Of a stretch of DNA of 38,270 nt, positions 17,371-29,144 are shown piece after piece. The position numbers and the translations under genes are program-made. The notes beneath the pieces were generated by a model. The model was not told where the DNA came from. It saw only the letters and a list, made by a program, of their open reading frames with translations, and made no database searches. How positions within the stretch are numbered: position 1 is the first letter of the stretch; each line of letters opens with the position of its first letter. This DNA comes from a virus (lineage: Duplodnaviria > Heunggongvirae > Uroviricota > Caudoviricetes), in the IMG/VR virus record IMGVR_UViG_2609459790_000001, positions 1-38,270 of that record; one strand, 5' to 3'.

Positions 17371-17850
17371 ATGACCCAGCATATTGGCGTAAAACTGATT
17401 AACGCCTTTCCGATGACGAGACAGGCATATAACGATTTTCGTGGCTGGCAGCTTCCTGCCGGAGAAAACGGCGAGGACGAAGGCTATCTGGTTGAATATC
17501 TGGATGGCGGAAAACCTAACACCGATCGCTTTGATGGCTACGTTAGCTGGAGTCCAAAAGAAGTATTCGAAAAGGCTTATCGTCCGGTATCAGGACTAAG
17601 TTTCGGCCTTGCCATGGAAGCGTTAAAACAGGGCAAAAGTTTGCAGCGGGCAGGATGGAATGGGAAAGACCAGTTTGTTTATCTCGTGAAAGGGGAAAAA
17701 TTAGCGTCTGCGTTGGGTTATGGCTTTGGCGAATATGTTGGCGAGCCAACTTTCAATGACACGCTTGTATTGAAAAACTCACAGAACCGCCTTGCTACAT
17801 GGGTTCCATCCATTGGCGACCTGATGGCTGAAGACTGGCAAATCATTTAA
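17371..17850 (+). CDS. DUF2829-domain protein (Tad2-like; candidate anti-Thoeris signalling-molecule sponge)
   Basis: 159 aa; C-terminal half LSFGLAMEALKQGKSLQRAGWNGKDQFVYLV ... WVPSIGDLMAEDWQI fits the DUF2829 signature (F-x-x-A-x-x-A-L-K-x-G-K ... R-x-G-W-N-G-K ... L-x-x-E-D-W) as I recall it. Confidence 0.6.
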   Translation: MTQHIGVKLINAFPMTRQAYNDFRGWQLPAGENGEDEGYLVEYLDGGKPNTDRFDGYVSWSPKEVFEKAYRPVSGLSFGLAMEALKQGKSLQRAGWNGKDQFVYLVKGEKLASALGYGFGEYVGEPTFNDTLVLKNSQNRLATWVPSIGDLMAEDWQII

Positions 17851-18144
17851 CCATGTAGGCATTACAAAGCCTATCTACGGGTGGGCTTGATAATGAAACC
17901 GGAATTTATTCTGGGTAACCAGTTACGGCAGTACAGCGAAACAACCCAAGCCAGTAAGTGGGGAAATAACACTGGCAGCCACTGAAAGATGAACCTCCAG
18001 CCTTATGGCAAAAAAGATTCTTTGTGGTGGCGGACTGATGGAAAGACATCGGATAGAATCAAGCAGTGGCTAGGGTAGCTCCCGAAAAGCGGAATCGTCA
18101 CCGCCAGCCACTGAATCTATGACGAACAACTAGACGAGGTTGAT

Positions 18145-18387
18145 ATGAGTGAAATTGATAAAATAATAAATGGTACATGTAACTTTCAATCAATGCCGCC
18201 AGGTAGTTATGTAAAACAATGTAGTGAAATAGTTAATGGTCAGCTTGTAATGTCAAATGCAGGACGCGGAGTTTCTGCGGATGAAAAAAAATCAATAAAT
18301 GAAGCCCTGTTAAGCATCAATGTTTTTGACTTGTTTCGCCCATCTTGGGTTATCTTGCAAAATAGTAACCAATTCCCACATTATTGA
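18145..18387 (+). CDS. Hypothetical protein in an AT-rich moron-like island
   Basis: 80 aa ORF, visibly AT-rich codon usage compared with neighbours, followed by a hairpin and T-run. Confidence 0.55.
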   Translation: MSEIDKIINGTCNFQSMPPGSYVKQCSEIVNGQLVMSNAGRGVSADEKKSINEALLSINVFDLFRPSWVILQNSNQFPHY

Positions 18388-18533
18388 TAATTAATTATTA
18401 AATTGGTCGCTAAGTCGGCCTTTTTTATTGCCATCACAAAAGCCATTACCTACAGAGTGGCTTTGATAATGGCTTATACCCTACACGGGATAACTTAACT
18501 GATATCCCTTTTAACGGATAAACGGAGCCAACA

Positions 18534-18776
18534 ATGGCAGAGATTATTCCCATGACTGAAGAACAGAAATTCCAGTTAGAGATATATAAACTGGTCATGA
18601 ACCAGAACGCAGCCGCAGAGGAAGCATTTCAATTCATTGGCACTGACGAGCTGAAGCTTGAGCTATTCAAAATTCACTTCCAGTCAGGCGGCGCTAATTC
18701 GGATATCACGACCCGCACTATCGAAGCGGTGCGTAAATCGAAGGAAGCGTTAGACCTGTTCACTACCGGAGCATAA
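18534..18776 (+). CDS. Hypothetical protein upstream of the small terminase gene
   Basis: 80 aa ORF with GGAG ribosome-binding site, conserved-looking position immediately before the terminase genes. Confidence 0.6.
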   Translation: MAEIIPMTEEQKFQLEIYKLVMNQNAAAEEAFQFIGTDELKLELFKIHFQSGGANSDITTRTIEAVRKSKEALDLFTTGA

Positions 18777-18855
18777 ACATGGCAACTCAAGGTTTCGACA
18801 ACCCATCCAAATTCCGCGATGAATGGGATAAGCAAGCAGAAGGGAAATAATCAAT

Positions 18856-19344
18856 ATGGCAGCACCAAAGGGCAACCGATTTTGGGAGGCCCGCAGTAGT
18901 CATGGGCGAAACCCTAAATTCGAATCGCCTGAGGCGCTGTGGGCTGCTTGTTGTGAATACTTCGAGTGGGCTGATGATAACCCGCTATGGGAGGGTAAGG
19001 TATTTTCATATCAGGGAGAAATAATTAAGGCTAATGTCCCTAAGATGCGAGCCATGACTATTTCAGGATTGTGTACCTTCCTTGATATCACCAGGCAAAC
19101 ATGGGGAACCTTCCGGTCAATGGAAGGTTTTTCTGACGTCACATCACGAGCGGAAGACATCATCTACGACCAGAAATTCTCTGGCGCAGCCGCTGACCTT
19201 CTCAACGCTAACATCATCGCCCGTGATTTGGGCCTCAAAGAGCAGTCGCAAGTTGAAGACGTGACACCTGATAAGGGAGATCGCGATAAGCGGCGCTCTC
19301 GTATCAAGGAGCTATTCAACCGTGGAACTGGACGCGATTCTTGA
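18856..19344 (+). CDS. 3: Terminase small subunit (P22 gp3-like)
   Basis: 162 aa, same length as P22 gp3, N-terminal [29 protein letters not shown] matches what I recall of P22 gp3; directly upstream of the large subunit. Confidence 0.88.
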   Translation: MAAPKGNRFWEARSSHGRNPKFESPEALWAACCEYFEWADDNPLWEGKVFSYQGEIIKANVPKMRAMTISGLCTFLDITRQTWGTFRSMEGFSDVTSRAEDIIYDQKFSGAAADLLNANIIARDLGLKEQSQVEDVTPDKGDRDKRRSRIKELFNRGTGRDS

Positions 19345-20821
19345 TAACCTGAGCGACGAAGAGCAAATCGAGTTGCTCGAGCTACTCGAAGAAGAAGAGA
19401 ACTACCGGAACACACACCTGCTATATGAATTTACGCCATACAGCAAACAGCGTGAGTTCATCGATGCCGGGCATGACTATCCAGAGCGCTGTTTTATGGC
19501 TGGTAACCAGCTTGGTAAGTCATTTACTGGGGCTGCTGAAGTCGCGTTTCACCTTACAGGGCGTTATCCGGGCACAAAAGGCTATCCTGCTGATGGTAAA
19601 TATGGCGGTGAGTGGAAAGGTAAGCGTTTCTATGAGCCTGTTGTCTTCTGGATTGGCGGCGAGACAAACGAGACGGTAACCAAAACGACTCAACGCATCC
19701 TGTGCGGTCGTATCGAAGAGAATGACGAGCCAGGCTACGGTTCCATACCGAAAGAAGACATCATTAGCTGGAAGAAGTCTCCTTTCTTTCCGAACCTTGT
19801 TGATCATCTTCTGGTTAAGCATCACACGGCTGATGGCGTTGAAGATGGCATTTCAATCTGCTACTTCAAACCATACTCGCAAGGCCGTGCTCGCTGGCAG
19901 GGTGACACAATCCACGGCGTGTGGTTTGACGAAGAGCCACCATACAGCATTTATGGCGAAGGTCTTACCCGTACCAACAAATACGGGCAATTCTCAATTC
20001 TGACGTTTACCCCGCTGATGGGGATGTCTGACGTTGTTACCAAGTTCCTGAAGAATCCCAGCAAGTCGCAGAAAGTGGTCAACATGACCATCTATGACGC
20101 AGAGCACTACACCGACGAGCAGAAAGAGCAAATCATCGCATCCTATCCCGAGCATGAGAGAGAGGCGCGTGCTCGCGGTATTCCTACGATGGGTAGCGGG
20201 CGAATCTTCCAGATACCGGAAGAGACGATTAAGTGTCAGCCGTTCGAGTGTCCTGATCACTTCTACGTAATTGGCGGGATGGATTTCGGATGGGATCACC
20301 CGCAGGCGCAGGTTCAGCTTTGGTGGGATAAGGACGCAGACACAATCTACGTTTCACGCGTGTGGAAGGCGAAAGAAAAAACAGCCGTTCAGGCATGGGG
20401 AGCTGTTAAATCATGGGCGCATAAAGTGCCAACAGCATGGCCTCATGACGGAAACCAGCACGAGAAGGGCGGCGGTGAGCAGCTCAAAGGGCAGTATGCA
20501 GATGCTGGTTTTATGATGTTGCAGGAGCATGCGACATGGCCTGATGGCGGTAATGCTGTTGAGCCTGGCATCACTGAATTGCGAGACATGATGCTCGATG
20601 GTCGCTTCAAAGTATTCAACACCTGTGAGCCATTCTTTGAGGAGTTCCGCCTCTATCACCGTGATGAAAACGGGAAAATCGTCAAGCTTAACGACGACGT
20701 GCTATCCGCCGTTCGCTATGCATACATGATGCGGCGCTTCGCAAAAATGATGCGCGACATCAAAAAACCAAAAGAGAAAAAGATACCAGCCCCAATCAGG
20801 CCCATCGCACGGAGAACTTAA
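19322..20821 (+). CDS. 2: Terminase large subunit (P22 gp2-like)
   Basis: 499 aa; ATPase and nuclease domains; length and order as P22 gp2. Confidence 0.95.
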   Translation: MELDAILDNLSDEEQIELLELLEEEENYRNTHLLYEFTPYSKQREFIDAGHDYPERCFMAGNQLGKSFTGAAEVAFHLTGRYPGTKGYPADGKYGGEWKGKRFYEPVVFWIGGETNETVTKTTQRILCGRIEENDEPGYGSIPKEDIISWKKSPFFPNLVDHLLVKHHTADGVEDGISICYFKPYSQGRARWQGDTIHGVWFDEEPPYSIYGEGLTRTNKYGQFSILTFTPLMGMSDVVTKFLKNPSKSQKVVNMTIYDAEHYTDEQKEQIIASYPEHEREARARGIPTMGSGRIFQIPEETIKCQPFECPDHFYVIGGMDFGWDHPQAQVQLWWDKDADTIYVSRVWKAKEKTAVQAWGAVKSWAHKVPTAWPHDGNQHEKGGGEQLKGQYADAGFMMLQEHATWPDGGNAVEPGITELRDMMLDGRFKVFNTCEPFFEEFRLYHRDENGKIVKLNDDVLSAVRYAYMMRRFAKMMRDIKKPKEKKIPAPIRPIARRT

Positions 20822-22987
20822 ATGGCCGACGAAAACAGACTCAATTCCATTCTGTGTAAGTTTGACGCGGACTGGATGGCGAGCGATGAAGCCAGAACCG
20901 AGGCGACAAATGACCTGTATTTTAGCCGAGTGTCGCAATGGGATGACTGGCTATCAAACTACACCACCCTGCAATATCGCGGACAATTCGATGTTGTCCG
21001 CCCGGTGGTCAGGAAGCTGGTCGCAGAGATGCGCCGGAACCCTATCGACGTTCTCTTCCGACCAAAAGACGGTGCTAATCCTGATGCAGCCGATGTATTG
21101 ATGGGTATGTATCGTACTGATATGCGCCATAACACGGCAAAGATTGCCGTTAACGTTGGCGTTCGTGAGCAGATAGAGTCCGGCGTTGGTGCATGGCGTC
21201 TGGTCACACAGTACGAAGACAACGACCCAACAAGCAACAATCAGGTAATCAGGCGCCTACCAATCCATGAAGCCTGCTCACACGTCATATGGGACGCCAA
21301 TAGCAAGCAGATGGATAAGAGCGACGCTAAGCACTGCACGGTGATTAACGCCTTGTCGCGCAATGGCTGGAAAGAGTTCGCAGAGGATTACGGTATTGAT
21401 CCGGACACCTTGCCATCTTTCCAGAATCCGAACGATACATGGCTGTTTCCGTGGGTATCGAATGATGTCGTCTACGTCGCTGAGTATTACGAGGTCGAAG
21501 AGAAGAAAGAAAAAGTCTTCATCTACCGCGACCCGCTGACAGGTGAGCCGGTCAGCTATTACCAGCAGGATATCAAAGACGTCATCGACGACCTGGCTAA
21601 TCGTGGATTCATTAAGGTAGCAGAGCGCAAGGTGAAGCGTCGGCGTGTGTATAAGTCGATCATCACCTGCACGCAGATACTGAAAGACCGCGAGAAGATA
21701 GCCGGAGAGCATATTCCAATCGTTCCAGTGTATGGCGAATGGTCATTCGCTGGTGACAAGGAGTGCTACGAAGGAGTGGTAAGGCTGACGAAAGACGGTC
21801 AACGCCTTCGTAACATGATCATGTCGTTCAACGCCGATATTGTTGCTCGTTCACCGAAGAAGAAACCGACATTCTTCCCTGAGCAAATCGAAGGCTACGA
21901 ATACATGTACGGTGGAAATGATGACTATCCGTACTATCTGCAGAACAGGACCGATGAAAACGGTAGCGACCTGCCGATTGGTCCAATCTCCTACATGGAA
22001 AACCCTGAAGTGCCGCAAGCCAACGCTTACATGCTTGAGGCTGCCACCAACGCAGTGAAAGAAGTGGCTAGTCTTGGCGTGGATGCGCAGGCGGCAAATG
22101 GTCAGGTCGCTTTTGATACCGTCAATCAACTGAACATGCGGGCAGACCTTGAGACGTACGTGTTTCAGGATAACCTGGCTACCGCAATGCGACGTGATGG
22201 CGAGATTTATGCCTCAATGGTCAACGATATTTATGACGTTCCTCGTCATGTAACGCTGACACTTGAAGATGGAAGCGAGAAAGACGTTCAACTCTATGCG
22301 CAAGTTGTCGATTACCAGTCCGGCAACGTGGTCACACTCAACGACATTCGTGGTCGCTATGAGTGCTATACGGACGTTGGGCCATCCTTCCAGAGCATGA
22401 AGGAACAGAACCGCGCAGAGATTCAGGAGTTACTCACCAAGGTTCCGCAAGGTACTCCAGAGTTCCAGATGCTGATGCTGCAATACTTCACGCTGCTTGA
22501 CGGTAAAGGCGTCGAGATGATGCGAGAGTACGCGAACAAGCAACTGGTGATGATGGGGCTGAAGAAACCAGAAACACCTGAAGAAATGGAGATGGTACAG
22601 CAGGCTCAACAGCAGCCGCAGCAGCCATCAGCAGAGCAAATTCAGGCGCAGGGTATCCTTCTGCAAGGTCAGGCTGAATTGCTCAAGGCAGAGAACCAAC
22701 AGGCGCAGATTCAGGTTGAAGCCGCCAAGGTTGAAGCCCAAAACCAACTCAACGCCGCGAAGATTGCAGAAATCTTCAACAATATGGACCTCGACAAGCA
22801 GGCAGAACTGCGTGAGTACCTCAAGCTCGTAGGTCAATTCCAGCAACAGCGCAGCAAAGATGCTCGCGCTAACGCTGAGCTGCTTCTTAAAGATGCAGAC
22901 CAGACTCATTCACAACGCATGGATTTCGCGAATCTTATGCGTCAAGTTCAAATCCCCTCCGGCGGAGTAGCCGAGACACCTCAATAA
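20822..22987 (+). CDS. 1: Portal protein (P22 gp1-like)
   Basis: 721 aa, Gln-rich C-terminal barrel segment ([39 protein letters not shown]), order after terminase as in P22. Confidence 0.93.
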   Translation: MADENRLNSILCKFDADWMASDEARTEATNDLYFSRVSQWDDWLSNYTTLQYRGQFDVVRPVVRKLVAEMRRNPIDVLFRPKDGANPDAADVLMGMYRTDMRHNTAKIAVNVGVREQIESGVGAWRLVTQYEDNDPTSNNQVIRRLPIHEACSHVIWDANSKQMDKSDAKHCTVINALSRNGWKEFAEDYGIDPDTLPSFQNPNDTWLFPWVSNDVVYVAEYYEVEEKKEKVFIYRDPLTGEPVSYYQQDIKDVIDDLANRGFIKVAERKVKRRRVYKSIITCTQILKDREKIAGEHIPIVPVYGEWSFAGDKECYEGVVRLTKDGQRLRNMIMSFNADIVARSPKKKPTFFPEQIEGYEYMYGGNDDYPYYLQNRTDENGSDLPIGPISYMENPEVPQANAYMLEAATNAVKEVASLGVDAQAANGQVAFDTVNQLNMRADLETYVFQDNLATAMRRDGEIYASMVNDIYDVPRHVTLTLEDGSEKDVQLYAQVVDYQSGNVVTLNDIRGRYECYTDVGPSFQSMKEQNRAEIQELLTKVPQGTPEFQMLMLQYFTLLDGKGVEMMREYANKQLVMMGLKKPETPEEMEMVQQAQQQPQQPSAEQIQAQGILLQGQAELLKAENQQAQIQVEAAKVEAQNQLNAAKIAEIFNNMDLDKQAELREYLKLVGQFQQQRSKDARANAELLLKDADQTHSQRMDFANLMRQVQIPSGGVAETPQ

Positions 22988-23000
22988 GAGAGAGTTAATC

Positions 23001-23912
23001 ATGGACCAAACCACCGACATTCAGGCTTCTGAAGAATTAACCCTGCCCGGCAATCATGCAGCGGCATCTGCTGATGGCTTAGTTGTCGATAATGCCAACG
23101 ACAACGCAGGTCAGGAAGAAGGCTTCGAGATTGTCCTGAAAGACGATGAGAAACCAAAACAAGACCCGGCAACTAATGCTGAATTTGCCCGTCGCCGCAT
23201 CGAACGCAAACGCCAGCGTGAGCTTGAGCAGCAGATGGAAGCGGTTAAGCGTGGAGAGTTGCCGGAGCACCTGCGGGTGAACCCTGAGTTACCAAAACAA
23301 CCAGACCCTAACGATTATCTTTCCGAAGATGCACTGGCTAAGTACGACTATGACCAGAGCCGCGCACTGGCTGCCTTCCAGCAGGCAAACAGTGAATGGC
23401 AGATCAAGGCTATGGACGCACGAAGCCAGGCTGTCGCCGAGCAGGGTCGCAAAACTCAGGAGTTCACCCAGCAATCAGCGCAATACGTCGAGGCAGCCCG
23501 TAAGCACTACGACGCAGCGGAAAAGCTCAATATCCCTGACTATCAGGAGAAAGAGGATGCATTCATGCAACTGGTGCCGCCAGCAGTCGGTGCCGACATC
23601 ATGCGCCTCTTCCCGGAGAAATCCGCCGCTCTCATGTATCACCTTGGTGCTAATCCTGAGAAAACACGCCAGTTGCTGGCGATGGACGGGCAATCCGCGT
23701 TGATTGAACTCACTCGACTGTCAGAACGTTTAACTCTCAAGCCTCGAGCCAAGCCTGTTTCAGAAGCCCCGTTACCTGATGAACCCATTCAGGGACACGC
23801 TGTTGCTGCAAATATCTCTGCGATTGAAAAGCAGATGGAAGCGGCAGCAAACAAAGGGGATGTAGAGACATACCGCAAGCTCAAGGCGCAACTGAATAAA
23901 GGAATTCGATAA
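23001..23912 (+). CDS. 8: Scaffolding protein (P22 gp8-like)
   Basis: 303 aa, same length as P22 gp8, highly charged helical protein between portal and coat. Confidence 0.9.
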   Translation: MDQTTDIQASEELTLPGNHAAASADGLVVDNANDNAGQEEGFEIVLKDDEKPKQDPATNAEFARRRIERKRQRELEQQMEAVKRGELPEHLRVNPELPKQPDPNDYLSEDALAKYDYDQSRALAAFQQANSEWQIKAMDARSQAVAEQGRKTQEFTQQSAQYVEAARKHYDAAEKLNIPDYQEKEDAFMQLVPPAVGADIMRLFPEKSAALMYHLGANPEKTRQLLAMDGQSALIELTRLSERLTLKPRAKPVSEAPLPDEPIQGHAVAANISAIEKQMEAAANKGDVETYRKLKAQLNKGIR

Positions 23913-24434
23913 TTATTTCGATATCGTGATGTTGTTTTCCTCGTCAAACTTTCTGATTACTTCTTTCGCCTCTTCGAATGAAGAACATACTTTTTGCACT
24001 CTTGCATTAAGCAGTCGCTTATGAGCGATCCATCTTTTCCGCGTGTTGCAAAAGTAAACTCCAGATATTCCGCTGGAGTTATTTTTAGATAGTTTGATTC
24101 TATTCCTTTGGTTTGCTGATTTTTTCACAAGACGAAGATTTTCAATTCTGTTGTCGTGGCGAATCCCATTTATATGGTCAATTTCCATGCCTTCTGGAAT
24201 ATCTCCGTTAAACATTACCCATACGATGCGGTGTGCTAGCCACTTAATGCCGTTAATTCTTATGCGGATATATCCATTGCTTTCTAAAAGACCAGCAACT
24301 TTCCCAGCGTGTTTTGCATTCCAAACGTTGTGATAGTTGCGATTCTTTTTGTTGTTGAAAAATTCAGAGCTTCTGGCTTTCCAAACCAAAGAGCCATCGC
24401 GGTATTCGAAGTATTCATTCAGTTCCATGCTCAT
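23913..24434 (-). CDS. HNH endonuclease with AP2-type domain, antisense insertion between scaffold and coat genes
   Basis: 173 aa; motif EIDHINGIRHDNRIENLR; paralogous to the ORFs at 7210..7743 and 12886..13455; AT-rich; stop codon abuts the scaffold stop. Confidence 0.85.
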   Translation of the reverse strand: MSMELNEYFEYRDGSLVWKARSSEFFNNKKNRNYHNVWNAKHAGKVAGLLESNGYIRIRINGIKWLAHRIVWVMFNGDIPEGMEIDHINGIRHDNRIENLRLVKKSANQRNRIKLSKNNSSGISGVYFCNTRKRWIAHKRLLNARVQKVCSSFEEAKEVIRKFDEENNITISK

Positions 24435-24501
24435 AACCCTAATGCGCTATATGTTGATATAACAATAGTATAGCACATAAAGAAAGTAAGGTATTCAATA
24501 T

Positions 24502-25797
24502 ATGACTCTCAAAGAAGGGCAGTTAGTTACTTACGCTATCGATGAAATCATCGAAACCGTCCAGAACCTGACGCCAATGGCGTCAAAAGTGACAAAATAC
24601 ACCCCTCCGGCAGAATCCATGCAGCGTTCAAGCAACACCGTGTGGATGCCTGTTGAGCAGGAAGCGCCAACCCAGACTGGCTGGGATTTAACTGGCAACG
24701 CAACCGGGATTCTGGAACTCTCCGTGAAATGCAACATGGGCGATCCGGATAACGATTTCTTCGAGCTTCGTGCAGATGACCTGCGTGATGAGCGTTCTTA
24801 CCGTCGCCGCATCCAGGCATCCGCCAAAAAACTGGCGAATAACATTGAGTCAGCGATTGCCAAACAGGCAACTGAAATGGGCTCGCTTGTTGTTCACGAT
24901 ACCCGCGCAATTGGTCCATCTACTGGCCTGTCTGGCTGGGATTTTGTGTCTGATGCAGAGCGCCTGATGTTCTCCCGTGAGCTAAACCGCGATATGGGCA
25001 TCAGTTACTTCCTGAACCCTGACGATTACCGTAAAGCAGGCCGCAACCTGGTAGATGGTGACATCTTCGGGCGCGTTCCTGAAGAAGCGTATCGCAACGG
25101 TACTATTCAGCGTCAGATTGCTGGCTTTGATGAAATTCTTCGCTCACCGAAACTTCCGGCAGTTACCAAGTCAACCGCTACTGGTGTAACTGTGTCTGGT
25201 GCGCAGAAGTTTAAGCCGCAGGCATACACCCTTGATACCGATGGTAACAAAGAGAACGTCGACAACCGTGTTGCAACGGTGACCGTATCCTCCACCACCG
25301 GATTTAAGCGCGGCGACAAAATCAGCTTCACTGGTGTGAAATTCCTGTCTCAGATGGCGAAGAACGTGCTGACTGATGATGCAACTTTCTCAATCACCCG
25401 TGTGATCGATAGTACTCACATCGAAATCACGCCGAAACCGATTGCACTGGATGACGCGTCACTGACAAAAGAAGAGAAGGCTTACGCTAACGTAAACACT
25501 TCTCTTGCTGATACCACTCCGGTAAACGTTCTGAACGTGGCAACAACCACCGCTAACGTGTTCTGGGCTGATGACTCAATCCGTCTGCTGTCTCAGCCGA
25601 TCCCGGTAACCCATGAACTGTTTGCTGGCATGAAAACGTCTTCCTTCAGCATTCCTGGTATTGGTGTTAACGGCATCTTCGCAACGCAGGGTGATATCAA
25701 CACTCTGTCTGGTAAGTGCCGTATTGCTGTGTGGTATTCAGCATGTGCTGTACGACCAGAGGCAATTGGTGTTGGTCTGCCTAACCAGACTGCGTGA
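24502..25797 (+). CDS. 5: Major coat protein (P22 gp5-like)
   Basis: 431 aa (P22 coat is 430 aa), strong ribosome-binding site, followed by a strong terminator. Confidence 0.93.
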   Translation: MTLKEGQLVTYAIDEIIETVQNLTPMASKVTKYTPPAESMQRSSNTVWMPVEQEAPTQTGWDLTGNATGILELSVKCNMGDPDNDFFELRADDLRDERSYRRRIQASAKKLANNIESAIAKQATEMGSLVVHDTRAIGPSTGLSGWDFVSDAERLMFSRELNRDMGISYFLNPDDYRKAGRNLVDGDIFGRVPEEAYRNGTIQRQIAGFDEILRSPKLPAVTKSTATGVTVSGAQKFKPQAYTLDTDGNKENVDNRVATVTVSSTTGFKRGDKISFTGVKFLSQMAKNVLTDDATFSITRVIDSTHIEITPKPIALDDASLTKEEKAYANVNTSLADTTPVNVLNVATTTANVFWADDSIRLLSQPIPVTHELFAGMKTSSFSIPGIGVNGIFATQGDINTLSGKCRIAVWYSACAVRPEAIGVGLPNQTA

Positions 25798-25803
25798 TAA
25801 CCA

Positions 25804-25828
25804 GAGGGAGCTTCGGCTCCCTTTTTTA
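25804..25828 (+). terminator. Intrinsic terminator after the coat gene
   Basis: GGGAGC-TTCG-GCTCCC followed by TTTTTT. Confidence 0.75.
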
Positions 25829-25841
25829 TCTGGAGACAAGC

Positions 25842-26090
25842 ATGACACACATGATCTTTCGTCATGGCGACATGAAGAAGTGGAAAGGAGTTGGCTACGA
25901 CTTTGAAATCGTGAAAGCCGAAGAGCTTCAGGAATATCTGGATGCTGGTTGGTTTTCACATCCTGATGACCTTTTGAAGGATGTTGCAGAGCCGGAGCCA
26001 GATCCGGAGCAAGAGCCAGAAGAAAAACAGCGTAAAAAGCCTGGTCGAAAACCTAAGGCGGCAGCAGATGAACCTGACAACGAAGGGTGA
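25842..26090 (+). CDS. Hypothetical acidic, proline-rich small protein between coat and gene 4
   Basis: 82 aa from the ATG at 25842 with GGAG ribosome-binding site; C-terminus [23 protein letters not shown]. Confidence 0.55.
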   Translation: MTHMIFRHGDMKKWKGVGYDFEIVKAEELQEYLDAGWFSHPDDLLKDVAEPEPDPEQEPEEKQRKKPGRKPKAAADEPDNEG

Positions 26091-26568
26091 TTTAGTTCTT
26101 GCGGCATTACGTAAGCTCGGTGTGGCATCAAATGCCACGTTAACCGATGTCGAACCGCAGTCTATGGAAGACGGCGTCAACGACCTTGAAATGATGATGG
26201 CGGAATGGCTTGGCGGTGATGTGTCACCTGGTATCAACGTTGGCTACATTTTCGCTGATGCAGATGTCGCTCCAGATCCGGGCGATGAGCACGGTTTATC
26301 AAATAACGCTATCAATACTGTCATTTTCAACCTTGCCTGCCGCATTGCACCGGATTATGCGCTGGAAGCGCCTGCAAAACTTATAACCACTGCCAGATAC
26401 GGGAAAGAGCGACTCGTCAAACTGTCTGCAATGGACAGAGCAAAAGCCGCTAAATGTAAGTCCGGTTATCCAAACCGTATGCCTGTTGGTAGCGGTAACC
26501 AGTTGGCGAAGTGGAACGGTTGGAATTACTTCCACCGAAAGGAACCTTGCGATAACGGGAGCGAATAA
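26068..26568 (+). CDS. 4: Head completion / tail accessory protein (P22 gp4-like)
   Basis: 166 aa from [19 protein letters not shown], same length as P22 gp4 and same position. Confidence 0.85.
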   Translation: MNLTTKGDLVLAALRKLGVASNATLTDVEPQSMEDGVNDLEMMMAEWLGGDVSPGINVGYIFADADVAPDPGDEHGLSNNAINTVIFNLACRIAPDYALEAPAKLITTARYGKERLVKLSAMDRAKAAKCKSGYPNRMPVGSGNQLAKWNGWNYFHRKEPCDNGSE

Positions 26569-27986
26569 TGCCGATTCAGCAACTTCCGCTCATGAAAGGT
26601 GTCGGCAAAGACTTCCGAAATGCCGACTATATCGACTATCTACCAGTGAATATGTTGGCTACACCCAAAGAAATCCTTAACAGCAGCGGATATCTTCGCT
26701 CATTCCCGGGCATTGCCAAACGTTCTGATGTGAACGGTATATCTCGAGGCGTCGAGTACAACATGGCGCAGAGTGCTGTTTATCGCGTGTGTGGCGGCAA
26801 GCTCTACAAAGGCGAAAGCGAAGTCGGTGACGTCGCCGGAAGTGGTCGCGTATCAATGGCACATGGTCGGACATCACAAGCGGTAGGCGTTAATGGTCAA
26901 CTGGTCGAGTATCGCTATGATGGTACGGTTAAAACCGTCTCAAACTGGCCTGCAGATAGCGGATTCACTCAGTATGAGTTAGGTTCGGTTCGTGACATTA
27001 CGCGCTTGCGTGGGCGTTATGCGTGGTCAAAAGACGGCACTGATTCATGGTTTATCACTGACCTTGAAGACGAATCGCATCCTGACCGTTACAGCGCACA
27101 ATATCGTGCCGAGTCGCAGCCGGACGGCATCATCGGTATCGGCACATGGCGAGACTTCATCGTCTGCTTTGGTTCATCGACGATTGAATATTTCTCCCTG
27201 ACTGGCGCAACCACCGTTGGTGCTGCTTTGTATGTCGCACAGCCATCACTGATGGTGCAAAAAGGCATCGCCGGAACTTACTGCAAAACGCCGTTTGCTG
27301 ATTCCTATGCGTTTATCAGCAATCCGGCAACGGGTGCGCCGTCTGTATACATTATCGGCTCCGGTCAGGTATCACCAATCGCCAGCGCGAGCATTGAGAA
27401 AATACTACGCTCCTACACTGCTGATGAACTGGCTGATGGCGTGATGGAATCGTTGCGATTTGATGCGCATGAGTTGCTGATTATCCACCTTCCGCGCCAT
27501 GTTCTAGTATACGACGCATCTTCAAGTGCCAATGGTCCGCAATGGTGTGTGCTGAAAACAGGCCTGTATGACGATGTGTACCGCGCTATCGACTTCATTT
27601 ACGAAGGCAATCAGATAACGTGCGGCGATAAGCTGGAATCGGTGACCGGGAAATTGCAATTCGACATCAGCAGCCAGTACGACAAGCAACAGGAACACCT
27701 GCTGTTTACTCCGTTGTTCAAAGCGGATAACGCCAGAGTTTTCGACCTTGAGGTTGAATCGTCAACTGGCGTTGCGCAGTACGCCGACCGCCTGTTCCTC
27801 TCTGCAACCACTGACGGCATAAATTACGGTCGTGAGCAGATGATTGAGCAGAATGAACCGTTCGTTTATGACAAACGTGTTTTGTGGAAGCGAGTCGGGC
27901 GCATCAGGAAAAATGTCGGCTTCAAATTGCGCGTTATCACGAAGTCACCTGTCACTCTGTCAGGCTGCCAGATAAGGATTGAGTAA
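26568..27986 (+). CDS. 10: Tail accessory protein (P22 gp10-like)
   Basis: 472 aa, identical length and position to P22 gp10. Confidence 0.88.
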   Translation: MPIQQLPLMKGVGKDFRNADYIDYLPVNMLATPKEILNSSGYLRSFPGIAKRSDVNGISRGVEYNMAQSAVYRVCGGKLYKGESEVGDVAGSGRVSMAHGRTSQAVGVNGQLVEYRYDGTVKTVSNWPADSGFTQYELGSVRDITRLRGRYAWSKDGTDSWFITDLEDESHPDRYSAQYRAESQPDGIIGIGTWRDFIVCFGSSTIEYFSLTGATTVGAALYVAQPSLMVQKGIAGTYCKTPFADSYAFISNPATGAPSVYIIGSGQVSPIASASIEKILRSYTADELADGVMESLRFDAHELLIIHLPRHVLVYDASSSANGPQWCVLKTGLYDDVYRAIDFIYEGNQITCGDKLESVTGKLQFDISSQYDKQQEHLLFTPLFKADNARVFDLEVESSTGVAQYADRLFLSATTDGINYGREQMIEQNEPFVYDKRVLWKRVGRIRKNVGFKLRVITKSPVTLSGCQIRIE

Positions 27987-28687
27987 TGGCTGATTCGAAT
28001 CTCAACACCCCTGTTATTGTGCAGGCGACGCGGCTCGATACATCAATCCTTCCACGCAATATATTCAGCCAGTCTTACCTGCTTTACGTTATCGCACAGG
28101 GTACTGATGTTGGTAACGTGGCGAACAAGGCCAACGAGGCCGGACAGGGCGCTTATGACGCACAAGTCAGGAACGATGAGCAGGATGTGATTCTGGTCGA
28201 TCACGAAGAAAGAATTCGTCAGCTCCGCATCGACGTAGACGACCATGAAATCCGTATTACTGCAAATACCAATGCAATCGCGTCGCTGGATGTCAGACTA
28301 ACCACGGCTGAAGGTGAAATAGTCACCTTGCAGGCTGATGTCAGTGCTCTCGATGGTAGAGTGACGGAGGCTGAAGGAAATATTTCTGCATTGCAGGACG
28401 ATTACGTATCGAAAACAGCCACAGCAACACAATCGCTGGCATCCCCCCTCAACGTAACAACATCCTATTCAGTCGGCGGCACCAAGGTTATCGGTGCTCG
28501 CCAGACTGGATGGACCGCGGCAACAGGTACGGCGAATAAAGGCGTATTCAATGCTGACCTGACATTCACCGTTAGCGATACTTACACGCAATCTGAAATC
28601 CAGGCTATAGCCAATGCTCTAATTGCTGAGCGTCGGCGCACTAAGGCTTTGGAAGACGCCTTGCGTGCACATGGGTTGATTGACTGA
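27986..28687 (+). CDS. 26: Tail needle protein (P22 gp26-like)
   Basis: 233 aa, heptad-repeat trimeric coiled-coil pattern, same length as P22 gp26. Confidence 0.9.
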   Translation: MADSNLNTPVIVQATRLDTSILPRNIFSQSYLLYVIAQGTDVGNVANKANEAGQGAYDAQVRNDEQDVILVDHEERIRQLRIDVDDHEIRITANTNAIASLDVRLTTAEGEIVTLQADVSALDGRVTEAEGNISALQDDYVSKTATATQSLASPLNVTTSYSVGGTKVIGARQTGWTAATGTANKGVFNADLTFTVSDTYTQSEIQAIANALIAERRRTKALEDALRAHGLID

Positions 28688-29142
28688 TGATTACATTCAA
28701 ACCAACGCGAAACATCGACCTGATCGAAGCAGTCGGAAATCACCCTGACATTATCGCCGGGAGCAACAACGGTGATGGATACGACTATAAACATGATTGC
28801 CGTTACTTTGAGGTGAACGTGCACGGGCAGTTCGGCGGCATTGTTTACTATCAGGAGATTCAGCCGCTGACATTCGATTGCCACGCCATGTACCTGCCAG
28901 AGGTTCGTGGATTCAGCAAGGAAATCGGGCTGGCGTTCTGGCGATACATTCTGACTAACACCACCGTTCAGTGCGTCACATCGTTCGCCGCACGCAAATT
29001 CCGCCACGGGCAGATTTACTGCGCAATGATTGGCCTTAAGCGTGTAGGAACCATCAAGAAATACTTCAAAGGCGTGGATGACGTGACTTTTTACAGCGCC
29101 ACACGCGAAGAACTAATCGACTTCCTGAATCACGGGAGATAG
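28687..29142 (+). CDS. 14: P22 gp14-like protein
   Basis: 151 aa ORF in the conserved position between gene 26 and gene 7. Confidence 0.75.
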   Translation: MITFKPTRNIDLIEAVGNHPDIIAGSNNGDGYDYKHDCRYFEVNVHGQFGGIVYYQEIQPLTFDCHAMYLPEVRGFSKEIGLAFWRYILTNTTVQCVTSFAARKFRHGQIYCAMIGLKRVGTIKKYFKGVDDVTFYSATREELIDFLNHGR

Positions 29143-29144
29143 CC

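Noticed and set aside
19082-20938. Multiple overlapping ORFs on both strands within terminase and portal genes
   Set aside because: All lie inside confidently identified structural genes; no independent support.
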